64,000 nt of DNA. Source: Methanocaldococcus sp. 28A (lineage in GTDB: Archaea; AGJL01; Methanococci; Methanococcales; Methanocaldococcaceae). Both the position numbers and the translations under genes were made by a program. This document shows, in pieces, positions 42,900-53,930 of this stretch (positions are counted from its first letter, which is position 1; every line of letters begins with the position of its first letter). The DNA is taken from the NCBI GenBank assembly GCA_049852185.1, contig CP187540.1. The stretch is one strand, 5' to 3'. Below the pieces are notes generated by a model. The model did not search any database and had not been told where the DNA came from. It saw only the letters and a program-made list of their open reading frames with translations.

Positions 42900-43062
42900 C
42901 GTAAGATAAATTAATAATAATTTGTAATAATTTGTCATTCAATTCTTTATTACCTTTTTATTGTTATTTCATAATAATTATAACAAATTTACATCAGTAA
43001 AGATATAATAATTATATCCATTTTGAGTTATATTTTGGCAAAAAAAGGTTTCTGGTTTCTCG

Positions 43063-43076
43063 GGAAATAGGTTTTC
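43063..43076 (+). promoter_or_regulatory. NrpR-like operator (one mismatch)
   Basis: GGAA-ATAGGT-TTTC vs GGAA-N6-TTCC, just upstream of the narK remnant. Confidence 0.45.
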
Positions 43077-43087
43077 TATTATTATAA

Positions 43088-43360
43088 ATGGGATAATAAT
43101 TATAAAAAGAAAGTCAGTATTATTGAAGCCCTTAAAAGTGGAGATATAAAAACATTGATTGCATCGTTATTATATTTTGATACAGGATTCCTGGTTTGGT
43201 TATTATTTGAACCTGCTTTAGGTTTATTTATTGCACAGGACCTGGGTTTATCACCTGCTGAGAAAGGATTTATGATTGCAGTTCCAATCCTCGCTGCGAC
43301 ACTATTTAGGATTCTTTTTGGTTACATTTACCAGGCAATAAATGGAAAATACATTGCAAT
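43088..43360 (+). pseudogene. NarK/NRT2-like nitrate/nitrite MFS transporter, 5' fragment
   Basis: ALKSGDIKTLIASLLYFDTGFLVW...LGLFIAQDLGLSPAEKGFMIAVPILAATLFRILFG; +1 frameshift after ATG 43088; truncated at a hairpin element. Confidence 0.75.
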
Positions 43361-43361
43361 G

Positions 43362-43450
43362 AGGGCCCTCTATTGCTATACTCCTTAACACCTCTACTAA
43401 AGGAAGAGGAGTAAATTTTGGTTATACCAATAAGGGCGGAGCCCTATGGT
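43362..43450 (+). repeat. Back-to-back double-hairpin element remnants
   Basis: GCCCTCTATTGCTATACTC (reverse remnant), TAACACCTC...GAGGAGTAA hairpin, ATACCAATAAGGGC-GGA-GCCCTATGG. Confidence 0.7.
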
Positions 43451-43507
43451 TCGAGACACCCCCGTATGCTTGCATTTTTTATTAATTAAAATAAAATTCT
43501 GTTCTTA

Positions 43508-44164
43508 TTATAAAACTCTTCCTCTAACTTTATTTATGTCAAATTTTGCTGTTTCTGCAATAGCCATAACTGCCAAAACTCCTGCTTGTAATGGGTCTCC
43601 AACAACTAAATCAGCTACTTTTGGAACAGAGCCAAACATCTTTAAGCTTATTACTGGAATACCTGTCTTTTCTTTCAACTCTTTAACTGCTTCAGTTATC
43701 TTTCCCCCCATTAGAGAGCCAGCTAAAACTAAAATCCCTACTCTTGGTAAGGTTGCTACAGCTCTAACAGCCTCATATAAATTTTCTTCACCTACAATAG
43801 GAAGAGTGTCAACGCTAATCCTTTCCCCTCTTATATTATGTCTATCTGCTTCACTTATAGCTCCTCTTGCAACTTCAGCAACTTGAGCTCCTCCACCAAT
43901 AATAATAACTCTCTTACCATAAATCTTTTTTAATGAGCTGTGAATCTCAAAGCTTTTTACATATTCACAGCTTTCTATTCTTTTTTTTAATTCATTAATA
44001 TCTTTAATTCCTTCAACTTCCATATAAATAAATCCAATTTTGCCATCATCTTTAATAAATTGTTGAGTATAAGTTATATTTCCACCCAATTCAGATAAAA
44101 TGCCAGTAAGTTTATGTAAAACTCCAACTTTATTCTCAGCCTCTATGCTTATTCCTATCTCCAT
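43508..44164 (-). CDS. ACT-domain protein (DUF5612-like)
   Basis: NKVGVL..LT ACT motif; GGGAQVAEVARGAISEADRHN. Confidence 0.8.
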   Translation of the reverse strand: MEIGISIEAENKVGVLHKLTGILSELGGNITYTQQFIKDDGKIGFIYMEVEGIKDINELKKRIESCEYVKSFEIHSSLKKIYGKRVIIIGGGAQVAEVARGAISEADRHNIRGERISVDTLPIVGEENLYEAVRAVATLPRVGILVLAGSLMGGKITEAVKELKEKTGIPVISLKMFGSVPKVADLVVGDPLQAGVLAVMAIAETAKFDINKVRGRVL

Positions 44165-44173
44165 ACTCTCACA

Positions 44174-45457
44174 TTAAATTTTTCTAATTCTTCTTCTAAC
44201 AGCTTCAGCATGCCCCAACAATCCTTCAGCTTCAGCTAATGTGATAACAATATCAGCAATATTTTTTAAACTCTCCTTATCTAATTTTTGGAATGTTATT
44301 TTCTTTAAAAATGTCTCTACATTTAAACCAGAACTCATTCTTGCAAATTGTGAAGTTGGCAAAACATGGTTTGTTCCAGAAGCATAATCTCCAACAGGAA
44401 CTGGGCTATACTCACCTAAAAACACACTTCCAGCATGTTTAATTTTATTTAAAACTTCTTCTTGGTTTTTGGTTAATATTTCCAAATGCTCTGGGGCATA
44501 TTTATTTGAGAACTCAATACACTCTTCTAAATCACCAATCAATATGGCAGAGTTTTCCAAAGCTTTTAATATAATTTCTTTTCTTTCAGCTTTTTCTATC
44601 TCTTCAAATATTTTATTTTTAATTTCTTCTGCCTTCTTTTCAGATGTTGTGGTTATTATGCAAGAGGCATTAGGGTCGTGCTCAGCTTGGGCTATAAAAT
44701 CTAAAGCAACAAACTCTGCATTAGCTGTTTCATCAGCTATAATTAAAACTTCTGAAGGACCTGCTAAAAAATCTATTGCCACATCTCCATAAACCATTTT
44801 TTTGGCTGTTGTTACATATATATTTCCAGGACCTACAATAATATCAACTTTTGGAATAGTTTCTGTTCCATATGCTAAAGCTCCTATAGCTTGAACTCCT
44901 CCAACTTTAAAAATGGCATCAACTCCTACGATGTCTCCAGCTATCAATGTAGCTGGATTTCCCTTCCCTTCTTTTGTTGGTGGGGAAGTTATATATATTT
45001 CTTCACATCCAGCAACCTTTGCAGGGATTGTAGTCATTAAAACAGTTGAAGGATAAAATGCCCTTCCTCCAGGAACATAGCATCCAACTTTTTCTATTGC
45101 TCTAACGACCTGTCCTAAAATTATTCCGTTATTTTTAACCTCTAAGTCTTTAATTTGCTCCATTTGCTTTTTGTGGAAGAAGTAAATATTTTCCTTAGCT
45201 TTTTCTATTGCTTCAATAATTTTGTAATCTACTAAATTATATGCCTCTTTTATCTCCTCTTCACTAACTTTAAAATCTTCTATTTCAACACCATCAAACT
45301 TTTTTGTGTAATATTTTAAAGCTTCATCTCCCTTCTTTTTAACATCCTTCAAAATCTCCATTACTGTTGGTAAAATTTCTTCAAAGTTTGTTTTATTTCT
45401 ATTAATTATTTTTTCCTCCTCTTCCTTAGATAAATCCCTAATCTTTTTAATTATCAT
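44174..45457 (-). CDS. hisD: Histidinol dehydrogenase
   Basis: YVPGG, GPGN.YV, AGPSE, QAEHD, APEHLE, GDYASGTNHVLPT. Confidence 0.97.
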   Translation of the reverse strand: MIIKKIRDLSKEEEEKIINRNKTNFEEILPTVMEILKDVKKKGDEALKYYTKKFDGVEIEDFKVSEEEIKEAYNLVDYKIIEAIEKAKENIYFFHKKQMEQIKDLEVKNNGIILGQVVRAIEKVGCYVPGGRAFYPSTVLMTTIPAKVAGCEEIYITSPPTKEGKGNPATLIAGDIVGVDAIFKVGGVQAIGALAYGTETIPKVDIIVGPGNIYVTTAKKMVYGDVAIDFLAGPSEVLIIADETANAEFVALDFIAQAEHDPNASCIITTTSEKKAEEIKNKIFEEIEKAERKEIILKALENSAILIGDLEECIEFSNKYAPEHLEILTKNQEEVLNKIKHAGSVFLGEYSPVPVGDYASGTNHVLPTSQFARMSSGLNVETFLKKITFQKLDKESLKNIADIVITLAEAEGLLGHAEAVRRRIRKI

Positions 45458-45490
45458 AATTTATCACCAAATTTTGATTAACAAACTTTA

Positions 45491-45658
45491 AATAGGACTT
45501 TTACACTTTATATAATAATAAGGAAAATATAATGCCAAGAGCATCAATACTGTTCGAATGCAAGAGAACTGATTGAGGTTATAGGCTTCAAAGTTATAGA
45601 TATTTAAATTGCATTCAGACCGTTATACCTTTCAATATTTATTAGAGAAAGTTCTAAT
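45491..45658. repeat. Degenerate AGGACTTT-family palindrome interrupted by a ~72-bp TIR-bounded mini-element (45550-45621)
   Basis: AATAGGACTTT...AAAGTTCTAATT outer arms; inner CTGTTCGAATGCAA / TTGCATTCAGACC imperfect TIRs. Confidence 0.55.
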
Positions 45659-45715
45659 TTAATATATATTTAGTGCTTATAATATTTACTATTAAGAAAA
45701 ATTTAAGGTGAGAAG

Positions 45716-46630
45716 ATGATACTCTTTGAGTGGGGGACTTATAACGCTTTATCAACATTAAAACAGGCAGCATTATTAGGAACAAGAATTACAGAAATTC
45801 CACCAGCAGTGTTATCAAGAAGATTACCAACTGGATACTATGAGAGTTATAAAAAGTTAAGTAAGGAATATTTTACATCAATCTTAGCTCATGGCCCATA
45901 TTACAGCTTAACATCAGAGAAAGGGTTAAATGCTCATCTTTCAGCCATAGAAAAAGCTACACTATGTGGGGCTGAGATTTATAATTATCATCTTGGTAAA
46001 AGAGTGGGGGATGATTTGAACTACCACTTAGAAGTCTTAAAAAAATTCAGTGAAGTTAATAGTGAGATGATTTACTCTCCAGAGCCAGCGACAAATATTG
46101 GCGAGTTTGGAACATTGGATGAAGTTGAAGAGTTAGTAAAAGCAGCTAAAGAGGAAGATATAAAAGTCATTCCATCTTTGCAGTTAGAAAACATCTTCTT
46201 AAATGAATTAGGAGTTTATGAAAAGGATGATTTAGATGAAGCAGCAGAAAAGGCTGATGTTGATTGGGGGCTAAAAATCTTTAAAAGAATGGATAAAATA
46301 TCAGATTATATAATGCATTTCAGATTTTCACAGGTTATAGGGCTAAAATATGGAAAGAGATTTTATAAGAAAAGAGTTCCTTTAGGAAAAGGTTATCCTC
46401 CAATTGAACCATTAACTGAAGCTTTATCTATATACTTAGTTGAGAACGCTACAAGAGGGGGCTTTAAGAAAGTTCTATTTGTCTATACTGGATTGCCAGA
46501 GGTTAAGTATAGAGATTTAATTGATTTATATGCAATGATTATGAAGAAATCTGTAGATAAGTTAATGAGCAAAGAGAGCCAGGTTGAATATGGAGAGTTC
46601 TATAAGGTTATGAGTTCAGAGGAAGAATAA
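45716..46630 (+). CDS. Conserved hypothetical, AP-endonuclease-2/TIM-barrel-like
   Basis: AHGPYY.L, YHLG, PE....GEFGTLDE, MHFRFS. Confidence 0.6.
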   Translation: MILFEWGTYNALSTLKQAALLGTRITEIPPAVLSRRLPTGYYESYKKLSKEYFTSILAHGPYYSLTSEKGLNAHLSAIEKATLCGAEIYNYHLGKRVGDDLNYHLEVLKKFSEVNSEMIYSPEPATNIGEFGTLDEVEELVKAAKEEDIKVIPSLQLENIFLNELGVYEKDDLDEAAEKADVDWGLKIFKRMDKISDYIMHFRFSQVIGLKYGKRFYKKRVPLGKGYPPIEPLTEALSIYLVENATRGGFKKVLFVYTGLPEVKYRDLIDLYAMIMKKSVDKLMSKESQVEYGEFYKVMSSEEE

Positions 46631-46722
46631 ATTATAATCTATTTTTTATTTTTTTATTTTTAATTTTTATTTTTACACTTTATATTGGTGTTCTCATTTT
46701 TAAATAAAAAAAGGTAGAGAAT

Positions 46723-47391
46723 ATGATATGTTTGCCAGTAATTGAAAATAATGTGGAAGACGCAATAAAAACAGCTGAGAAGTATTTAGAAATAGTAGAT
46801 ATTGTTGAATTTAGGATAGATATGCTTAAAGAAGTTAGTGAAAATGATATAGAAAAATTTACCCAATATCCTTGCATAATAACAGTTAGAGCGGATTGGG
46901 AAGGGGGTTATTGGAAAAAATCTAATGAAGAAAGATTAAATCTAATAAAAAAGGCAATTGAATGTAATGCTAAATTTGTAGATATTGAGTTAAAAGAAGA
47001 GAAGAATAAAGAACTTGTAAAATTTAGAGATGAGATTGGTTCAAAAACACAAATTATAATTTCATATCATGATTTTGAAAAAACACCTTCAAAAGATAAA
47101 TTAATTGAGATAATTGAAAAAGCTCTTAGCATTGGAGATATAGCAAAATTTGCAGCTATGGCAAATAGTAAAGAAGATATTATCAATATTTTGGATGTGA
47201 TAAACAAATATTCAGGAAAAATTATTGGCATTGGAATGGGAGAAAAAGGAAAACTAACAAGAATCTTAGGGGTTTATTTTGGTTCAATATTAACCTTTGC
47301 CTCTTATAAAGGTAAAAGCTCAGCTCCTGGGCAGATTGATATTTACACTCTAAAAGAGATTTGGAAACTTATGGATTTAAAAGCATATTAA
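46723..47391 (+). CDS. aroD: Type I 3-dehydroquinate dehydratase
   Basis: EFRID, R...EGG, SYHDF, AK, MG..G...R, APGQ. Confidence 0.95.
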   Translation: MICLPVIENNVEDAIKTAEKYLEIVDIVEFRIDMLKEVSENDIEKFTQYPCIITVRADWEGGYWKKSNEERLNLIKKAIECNAKFVDIELKEEKNKELVKFRDEIGSKTQIIISYHDFEKTPSKDKLIEIIEKALSIGDIAKFAAMANSKEDIINILDVINKYSGKIIGIGMGEKGKLTRILGVYFGSILTFASYKGKSSAPGQIDIYTLKEIWKLMDLKAY

Positions 47392-47947
47392 GCATAGTTT
47401 CAGCCAATTGTTTATGCTCTTTATTGCCAACTTTTTTAATTATTGAAAAATATTTTTTCATATCTTCCAGCATATTTTTTTTCTCATTTTCATCAATTTT
47501 TATACTTTTATTTATTAATCTTGAGTAAATAACTGCCATCTCAACTAACAAGCCATCTGCTCTATTATATGGCTGTGGAATATTGTTTAAATATATTCTA
47601 TCTATTTCCTCTCCTTCTAAAATCATTAATTTATTTTTTCCAAATTTATCTTCTCTATCAACAAATTCTCTTTTTATAACTTTGTAAAGTATAACATAAT
47701 AAGAATTTTTTAAGTAAGGGATGTTGTTATAGTAAAGATATTCATCATTATCATCTAAAACTGCCTTTGTTATCTCTATTGGTGGAACTACATTAACTGA
47801 AAAATAATCTTCAGTTAAAAGATTTTCATAAGTATGAGAGCCAGAAAAAAGATGCATAATAACTTTTTTATCTTTAAAATAAACACCTATTGGAGCTTTG
47901 TTATCTTTATCATTTCTTCTTGTTGCTACAACCACTTCATTTATCAT
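47369..47947 (-). CDS. DUF447-family protein
   Basis: [25 protein letters not shown]. Confidence 0.75.
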   Translation of the reverse strand: MINEVVVATRRNDKDNKAPIGVYFKDKKVIMHLFSGSHTYENLLTEDYFSVNVVPPIEITKAVLDDNDEYLYYNNIPYLKNSYYVILYKVIKREFVDREDKFGKNKLMILEGEEIDRIYLNNIPQPYNRADGLLVEMAVIYSRLINKSIKIDENEKKNMLEDMKKYFSIIKKVGNKEHKQLAETMLNMLLNP

Positions 47948-48729
47948 AGATATCCCAAATTCACTTTTATACTCTCTAAATCTTTTCCTCTTCCATAAGA
48001 TAAATTTATCTTAACTTTTCCTTTATTTGCCTTTTTGTTTAATGGAATCACCAATGGAGGGTTTAGCATTGGTGTTTGCCCTGCAATATGTTTATCATCT
48101 AATATTGTATATGTCCTTAATTTTATTCCTAAGTTTTCACAGCTTTTTTCAAGCTCTAACTCTATATTATAGCTTACTTCAATAGGATTTATCTTATAGA
48201 AATTAACTTCCTCATAAATAATCTCTTCAGAAACTTCTTCTGATTTAATATCTTCATCATAATAGATATGGTTCATTTTTGCCTCTACAAGTTGTATAGT
48301 GGAGATTGCCTTAGCTGGAATAATCTTAGCATCTTCTTTTAAAAAACCTCTCTCTATTATTGAGTTCATAACCTTAACTTGTGGTTCAGTAATTAAAGCA
48401 GTGTCTAAAAGCTCGGCTATAACTACATCAGCTTTTTCTTTAAATTTGTATGTTGTAGCATCTCCTTCAATAATCTCAATGTTATTGAATCCATTAACTT
48501 TTATATTTTCCTTTGCGTAATCATATGTGAAACTATCTAACTCAATAGCATAAACCCTCTTAGCATTTTTTGCCGCAATCATCGCTAATATTGCAGAACC
48601 AGTCCCTAAATCAAAGACTACATCATCTTTATCTACAACCCTTTCTATAGCATTTTTAAAGATTGCTAATCTTTCATAATCAGTTAATAAAGAATAGTGC
48701 CACTGTGGGACTTTCAATTTTAGCATCAT
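47944..48729 (-). CDS. SAM-dependent methyltransferase (PRMT-like)
   Basis: HY.LL.D.ER, DLGTGSAIL, AELLDT.LI.E. Confidence 0.85.
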   Translation of the reverse strand: MMLKLKVPQWHYSLLTDYERLAIFKNAIERVVDKDDVVFDLGTGSAILAMIAAKNAKRVYAIELDSFTYDYAKENIKVNGFNNIEIIEGDATTYKFKEKADVVIAELLDTALITEPQVKVMNSIIERGFLKEDAKIIPAKAISTIQLVEAKMNHIYYDEDIKSEEVSEEIIYEEVNFYKINPIEVSYNIELELEKSCENLGIKLRTYTILDDKHIAGQTPMLNPPLVIPLNKKANKGKVKINLSYGRGKDLESIKVNLGYL

Positions 48730-48890
48730 ATTCTCACATAAATTTATATAACATAATAATTTTATAATTGATAATTATCCATATAGTTCGAAATTGGACA
48801 TTGTCGGAAATATTAAACTGATAGTAATACCTGGTTGTGCATAATTTAGTGTATATCCATAGATAAAGAATAAAAGATATAATGATGGTT

Positions 48891-50450
48891 TTATGATTTT
48901 TCTTTTTTTGCTAATATTTTGTTGATTCCATCTATAACTGCTTCAACTGAAGCTCTAACTATGTCTTCACTTGCTGCTTTTGTAGTAATTTCTTTTCCAT
49001 ATCCTTCTAATGTTACAATAACCTCTGCCAATGCATCAGTTCCTCCGGTTATGGCGTTTATATGATACTCTTTAAGTTTAATTTTCTCTCCTATAGCTTT
49101 TTGTATTGCCTTAACAGCAGCATCTACTGGCCCAACACCAATAGCTGAACTTTTTTTAAGGTTTTCTTCAATCTTTAAAGCAACTGATGCTGTAGGAATT
49201 ACTTTATTTCCAGTCATAACTGCTATTTGCTCTAATTCAACAACTCTATCTTCTTTAGCTAACTTACCGACAACGTCTTCAACTATTGCTTCAACATCTC
49301 TATCAGTAACTCTCTTTCCTTTGTCTCCAAGGGCTTTAATTCTCTTAACTATCTCATCAAATTGCTCTTTATTTATGTCTTTACCTATCTCAATGCCAAG
49401 CTCTTTTAACTTTGCTTCAATTGCATGAGTTCCTGTATGCTTACCTAATATTATTTTTCTCTTCTGTCCAACTAATTCTGGAGGAATTGGTTCATAGGTT
49501 AATGCATGAGCTAAAACTCCATGGGCATGTATTCCACTTTCATGAGCAAAGGCATTTTCTCCAACAATTGCCTTATTTGGTTGAACCTTAATTTCAGTGT
49601 ATTTTGATACAAGTTGAGAAATTTCATAAAGTTTTTCAGTCTTAATTTTAGTTTTTATACCATAAATTGACATTAAGCTCATAACAACCTCTTCTAATGC
49701 CGCATTCCCACCTCTTTCCCCTAAACCATTTATTGTACAATGCACTTGCTCTGCTCCAGCTTCAACTGCAGCTAATGAATTAGCTACTGCTAATCCAAAA
49801 TCATTATGGCAATGAACTGATATTGGGACTTTTATTTCTTTTTTTATCTCATTTATTAAGTAATACATTGCCCTTGGAATCATAACACCAACAGTATCTG
49901 GGACATTGATAATATCTGCCCCAGCATCAACTGCCTTTTTATAAACCTCTATTAAATAATCAAGCTCTGTTCTTGTGGCATCTTCTGCAGAAAACTCTAC
50001 TCTAATTCCATGTTCCTTTATATATTCAATAGCATTAATTGCTATGTCAATAATTTCTTCCTTAGATTTCTTTAATTTGTATTTTCTATGCAATGGGGAT
50101 GTTGCTATAAATGTGTGTATTCTATCTACACCACAATCAATAGCCACGTCAATATCTTTTTTAACAGCTCTTGCCAATCCACAAATCTCAGCATTTAAAT
50201 TTAATGAGCAGATTTTTTTAATAGCCTCTTGCTCACCTAAGGAAGAAACAGGGAATCCAGCTTCAATAACATCAACACCTAAATCATCTAACTTTATAGC
50301 AATTTCTATCTTTTCTTCTGGAGTTAATGAAACTCCTGGAGTTTGCTCACCATCTCTAAGTGTTGTATCAAAAATATAAACTCTATTTGGAATATCTATG
50401 TTTTCAAGAGCCTTTTTGATAATTTCGTTCTCTTCTTTATAAATTATCAT
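48891..50450 (-). CDS. leuA: 2-isopropylmalate synthase
   Basis: [29 protein letters not shown]-terminal regulatory domain GPVDA. Confidence 0.88.
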   Translation of the reverse strand: MIIYKEENEIIKKALENIDIPNRVYIFDTTLRDGEQTPGVSLTPEEKIEIAIKLDDLGVDVIEAGFPVSSLGEQEAIKKICSLNLNAEICGLARAVKKDIDVAIDCGVDRIHTFIATSPLHRKYKLKKSKEEIIDIAINAIEYIKEHGIRVEFSAEDATRTELDYLIEVYKKAVDAGADIINVPDTVGVMIPRAMYYLINEIKKEIKVPISVHCHNDFGLAVANSLAAVEAGAEQVHCTINGLGERGGNAALEEVVMSLMSIYGIKTKIKTEKLYEISQLVSKYTEIKVQPNKAIVGENAFAHESGIHAHGVLAHALTYEPIPPELVGQKRKIILGKHTGTHAIEAKLKELGIEIGKDINKEQFDEIVKRIKALGDKGKRVTDRDVEAIVEDVVGKLAKEDRVVELEQIAVMTGNKVIPTASVALKIEENLKKSSAIGVGPVDAAVKAIQKAIGEKIKLKEYHINAITGGTDALAEVIVTLEGYGKEITTKAASEDIVRASVEAVIDGINKILAKKEKS

Positions 50451-50510
50451 AATCCCACCAAAAACTTTATTATCATATTTTACCTATTCGATGAGATATT
50501 ATAAAAATTT

Positions 50511-51632
50511 TTATAGAAAAATTTTTTCTATGAAGCTATAGACTCTAAACGATATTAGCATCCCAGATATTAATAGAGAAAGTAATGAGATGATTTTTAT
50601 TTTTCCTGAAGATTCTTTGAACACAGCCAAATAAAGCAAAAAATAAGCTATTAGTGTAAAGAACATGCTTATATCCACCAATGTTTTTGCATCAAAAATT
50701 AATAGAATTATAACTAATAGAGTATTTAAGATAACTCCATAATGTGGAATTTCTTTTCTCAATTTTGTAAATATTTGAGGAAATATTTTATCCCTTCCCA
50801 TCCCATAAGGCATATAAGATAATGTAAATAAAACGCTAAACGCACAGCTTGATATAATAATCAATACTCCAACAAACAAAAATAAGTTATCCCCGATTAA
50901 TATCCTTAATATCTCATTCAAGTTGTTTGTTTTTACATTTAAAGATATTACAGTTAAAGAAAATAATAAATAAAGAATTCCAATAATAAAAGTTCCTATT
51001 AATAGCCCATAAGCTATAGCTTTTTGATTTTTAAATGCAGATAATGGCATTGTTATGCCTTCCCAGCCAGTAGCTGCCCATAATCCAAAATAAATTGTTA
51101 GAATAGTATTTTTTAAATTAAACTCTCCAATGCTACCAATTTTTATGCCGTTTGAAAATACTATATACAAAATAATCGTTATCGTTAAAATCCCAAAGAT
51201 TCTGACAAAGTTTCCTACAATTTTTAAACCACACAATATTAAAGCTGTTAAAACAATAATTAAGAGCAATCCAACATAAGGAACATTAAATACTGTATTA
51301 AAAATTATCTCAAAGAATGACACAACTCCAGATAGGGCAAAAACTCCAGAGAGCCACAATATATAAGCTGAAAAAACTCCAATCACTCTCCCTAAAATTT
51401 TCATTACAAACTTATAAACTCCTCCACTTTCACTAATCTTTGTTGAAGCATAAGCAAAAGGAGAAGCCATAATTAAAGATACAAATATTAGTAGAATCCA
51501 ACCCCATACTATAGATTTCCCAAACATCATATATGTCAAAGGAGATAAAACAAAAATCCCTCCACCAACAATAGAAGTTATTGTTAAAAATACAGCATCT
51601 TTAAGAGTTAAATGTCCCATAACTAACACCAA
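50511..51632 (-). CDS. APC-family amino acid permease
   Basis: IVGGGIF, ESGGVY, W...GWE; multiple TM helices. Confidence 0.85.
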   Translation of the reverse strand: MVLVMGHLTLKDAVFLTITSIVGGGIFVLSPLTYMMFGKSIVWGWILLIFVSLIMASPFAYASTKISESGGVYKFVMKILGRVIGVFSAYILWLSGVFALSGVVSFFEIIFNTVFNVPYVGLLLIIVLTALILCGLKIVGNFVRIFGILTITIILYIVFSNGIKIGSIGEFNLKNTILTIYFGLWAATGWEGITMPLSAFKNQKAIAYGLLIGTFIIGILYLLFSLTVISLNVKTNNLNEILRILIGDNLFLFVGVLIIISSCAFSVLFTLSYMPYGMGRDKIFPQIFTKLRKEIPHYGVILNTLLVIILLIFDAKTLVDISMFFTLIAYFLLYLAVFKESSGKIKIISLLSLLISGMLISFRVYSFIEKIFL

Positions 51633-51728
51633 TTATTGTTAATAAATATTTAATGTATAGCTTAAAGCAAAAATATTTAATACATTCTTTTATAATTATC
51701 TTTATTCAAAAGTTGATTGAGGGATAAG

Positions 51729-53591
51729 ATGAAGATGCTATTAATCCACTCTGATTATTTAGAGTTTGAGGCAAAACAAAAAACTAAAATTGCAGAAGAA
51801 ACTGAGAATTTAAAAGGTAAATTAGATGAGTGTTTAGCTTGCTTTATTGCAGTGGAGAGAGAGGATGAAAATAACCCAAAAGGAACTGCTATAGGGGCAG
51901 TAGAAGAGATTGAGAAAGTTGCTAATCAGTTAAAAGTTAATAATATTGTTGTTTATCCTTATGCCCATTTATCAAGTGATTTATCTTCACCTGAAACAGC
52001 TATAAAGGTTTTGAAAGAGATTGAGAATATTTTGAAAGAAAGGGGCTATAATGTGTTAAGGGCTCCATTTGGATGGTATAAAGCATTTAAAATTAGTTGT
52101 AAAGGCCATCCATTAAGTGAGTTATCAAGAAAGATTGTAGCTAAGGAAGAGAAGAAAGAGAAAGGAGAAGAATCTAAGTTTTATTTATTAAATCCAGAAA
52201 CAGAAGAAGCTGTTGAGCTAAGTGAAGAAAATATTAATATAATAAAAGATGAAGAGCTTTTGGCATTAGCTAAACATGAATTGGGAATTAAAGAAAATAA
52301 AGAAAGAGAAGAACCACCACATGTAAAGTTTATCAAAGAAAAAGATATTTGCAGTTATGAAGAGGCATCAGACCCTGGGCACTTTAGATGGTATCCAAAA
52401 GGTAAGTTGATTAGAGATTTATTAGCAGATTATGTCTATAACATGGTAGTTAGATTAGGAGCTATGCCAGTAGAAACACCAATTATGTATGATTTAGGAA
52501 ATCCTGCTATTAGAGAGCATGCTGATAAATTTGGTGAGAGGCAGTATAGGTTTAGACAAGGAAATAGGGAGTTAATGTTAAGATTTGCGGCATGTTTTGG
52601 GCAGTTTATGATGAAAAAAGACATGTATTTGTTGCCAAGATATTTGCCTTTAAAACTTTATGAGCTATCAACATACAGCTTTAGATATGAGCAAAGAGGG
52701 GAGTTAGTAGGTTTAAAGAGGTTGAGAGCATTTACAATGCCAGATATGCATACTGTCTGCTTAGACATAAAACAAGCAATGGAAGAGTTTGAAAAACAAT
52801 TTTGGGAGTGTTTAAAGACAGGAGAGGATTTGAATTTAAGTTATTCAGTAATCTTTAGATTCACAAAAGATTTCTTTGATGAGCATAGAGATTGGTTCTT
52901 TAAGATAGCTAAGGAATACAAAAATAAATACGGAAAAGATGTTATCTTAGAAATTCTTCCTAAAAGAAAACACTATTGGGTTGGTAAGGTAGATATTGCT
53001 GTAATAGATAGCTTAGGAAGACCTATTGAAAATCCAACTGTTCAAATAGATGTTGAAAGTGCTAAAAGGTTTGACATAAAAGTGCATACAAATGAAGGAG
53101 AAGTATATCCAATAATATTGCATTGCTCTCCTACTGGCTCAATTGAGAGAGTCTTATGTGGTTTGTTAGAAAAAGCAGCTATAGAAGCTAAAGAAGGAAA
53201 AGCTCCAATGCTTCCTGTTTGGCTCTCCCCTATACAAGTTAGAGTTATTCCAGTAGCTGATAGACATTATGACTATGCTTTAAAAGTTGCTGAAAAGCTG
53301 AGAGAAAATAATATTAGAGCAGATTTTGATGATAGAGAAGATAGGGTAAGCAAAAAGATTAGAAATGCAGGAAGTGAATGGATACCTTATGTTGTTGTTA
53401 TTGGAGATGAAGAAATGGAGTCTGGAAAATTAACAGTAACAATTAGAGAAAAATCAACTTTAAAAAAGCCTTATAAAGAGAAGATGACATTAGATGAGTT
53501 GATTGAGAGAATCAAAAAAGAAACTGCTGGATATCCATATAGACCTTTACCATTACCAATAAGATGTTCATTACAGCCAAAGTTCCATTAA
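51729..53591 (+). CDS. thrS: Threonyl-tRNA synthetase (archaeal)
   Basis: YPYAHLS editing domain, RFAACFG, FRYEQ.GE, MPDMH, HCSPTGSIER. Confidence 0.97.
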   Translation: MKMLLIHSDYLEFEAKQKTKIAEETENLKGKLDECLACFIAVEREDENNPKGTAIGAVEEIEKVANQLKVNNIVVYPYAHLSSDLSSPETAIKVLKEIENILKERGYNVLRAPFGWYKAFKISCKGHPLSELSRKIVAKEEKKEKGEESKFYLLNPETEEAVELSEENINIIKDEELLALAKHELGIKENKEREEPPHVKFIKEKDICSYEEASDPGHFRWYPKGKLIRDLLADYVYNMVVRLGAMPVETPIMYDLGNPAIREHADKFGERQYRFRQGNRELMLRFAACFGQFMMKKDMYLLPRYLPLKLYELSTYSFRYEQRGELVGLKRLRAFTMPDMHTVCLDIKQAMEEFEKQFWECLKTGEDLNLSYSVIFRFTKDFFDEHRDWFFKIAKEYKNKYGKDVILEILPKRKHYWVGKVDIAVIDSLGRPIENPTVQIDVESAKRFDIKVHTNEGEVYPIILHCSPTGSIERVLCGLLEKAAIEAKEGKAPMLPVWLSPIQVRVIPVADRHYDYALKVAEKLRENNIRADFDDREDRVSKKIRNAGSEWIPYVVVIGDEEMESGKLTVTIREKSTLKKPYKEKMTLDELIERIKKETAGYPYRPLPLPIRCSLQPKFH

Positions 53592-53704
53592 AAATTTCAT
53601 AACAACAATAATATCTTTTTCATGCATGTATGAAAAAATATATAAATAGCAATCCATATTTTTAAATAATTATCTACTGCTATTTTTTATATAATCTCAT
53701 TATT

Positions 53705-53779
53705 ATAGGACTTTCGCAGTGTGTATATTAACTATGGAAATTAGGTGCCTTAAAACATTAATTCCTGCAAAAGTCCTAT
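53705..53779. repeat. AGGACTTT-family palindromic element
   Basis: ATAGGACTTTCGCAG...CTGCAAAAGTCCTAT. Confidence 0.85.
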
Positions 53780-53822
53780 ATTATATAAACTAATAAATTT
53801 AAAGTCATTAAGCTTTTTTATT

Positions 53823-53908
53823 ATAGGACTTTCACAGGAATGAATATAACAATGAACTTTGATGCCCTTTGGGCATCTAAGAGAATATATAAACTGTGAA
53901 AGTCCTAT
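53823..53908. repeat. AGGACTTT-family palindromic element with central GATGCCC/GGGCATC hairpin
   Basis: ATAGGACTTTCACAG...CTGTGAAAGTCCTAT. Confidence 0.85.
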
Positions 53909-53930
53909 TACAATCATTTTGGGGGAGAAT

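Noticed and set aside
45550-45625. CRISPR-repeat-like ...TCAGACCGTT
   Set aside because: Single occurrence with no spacers or periodicity; better explained as one TIR of a mini-element. No CRISPR array is visible in the window.
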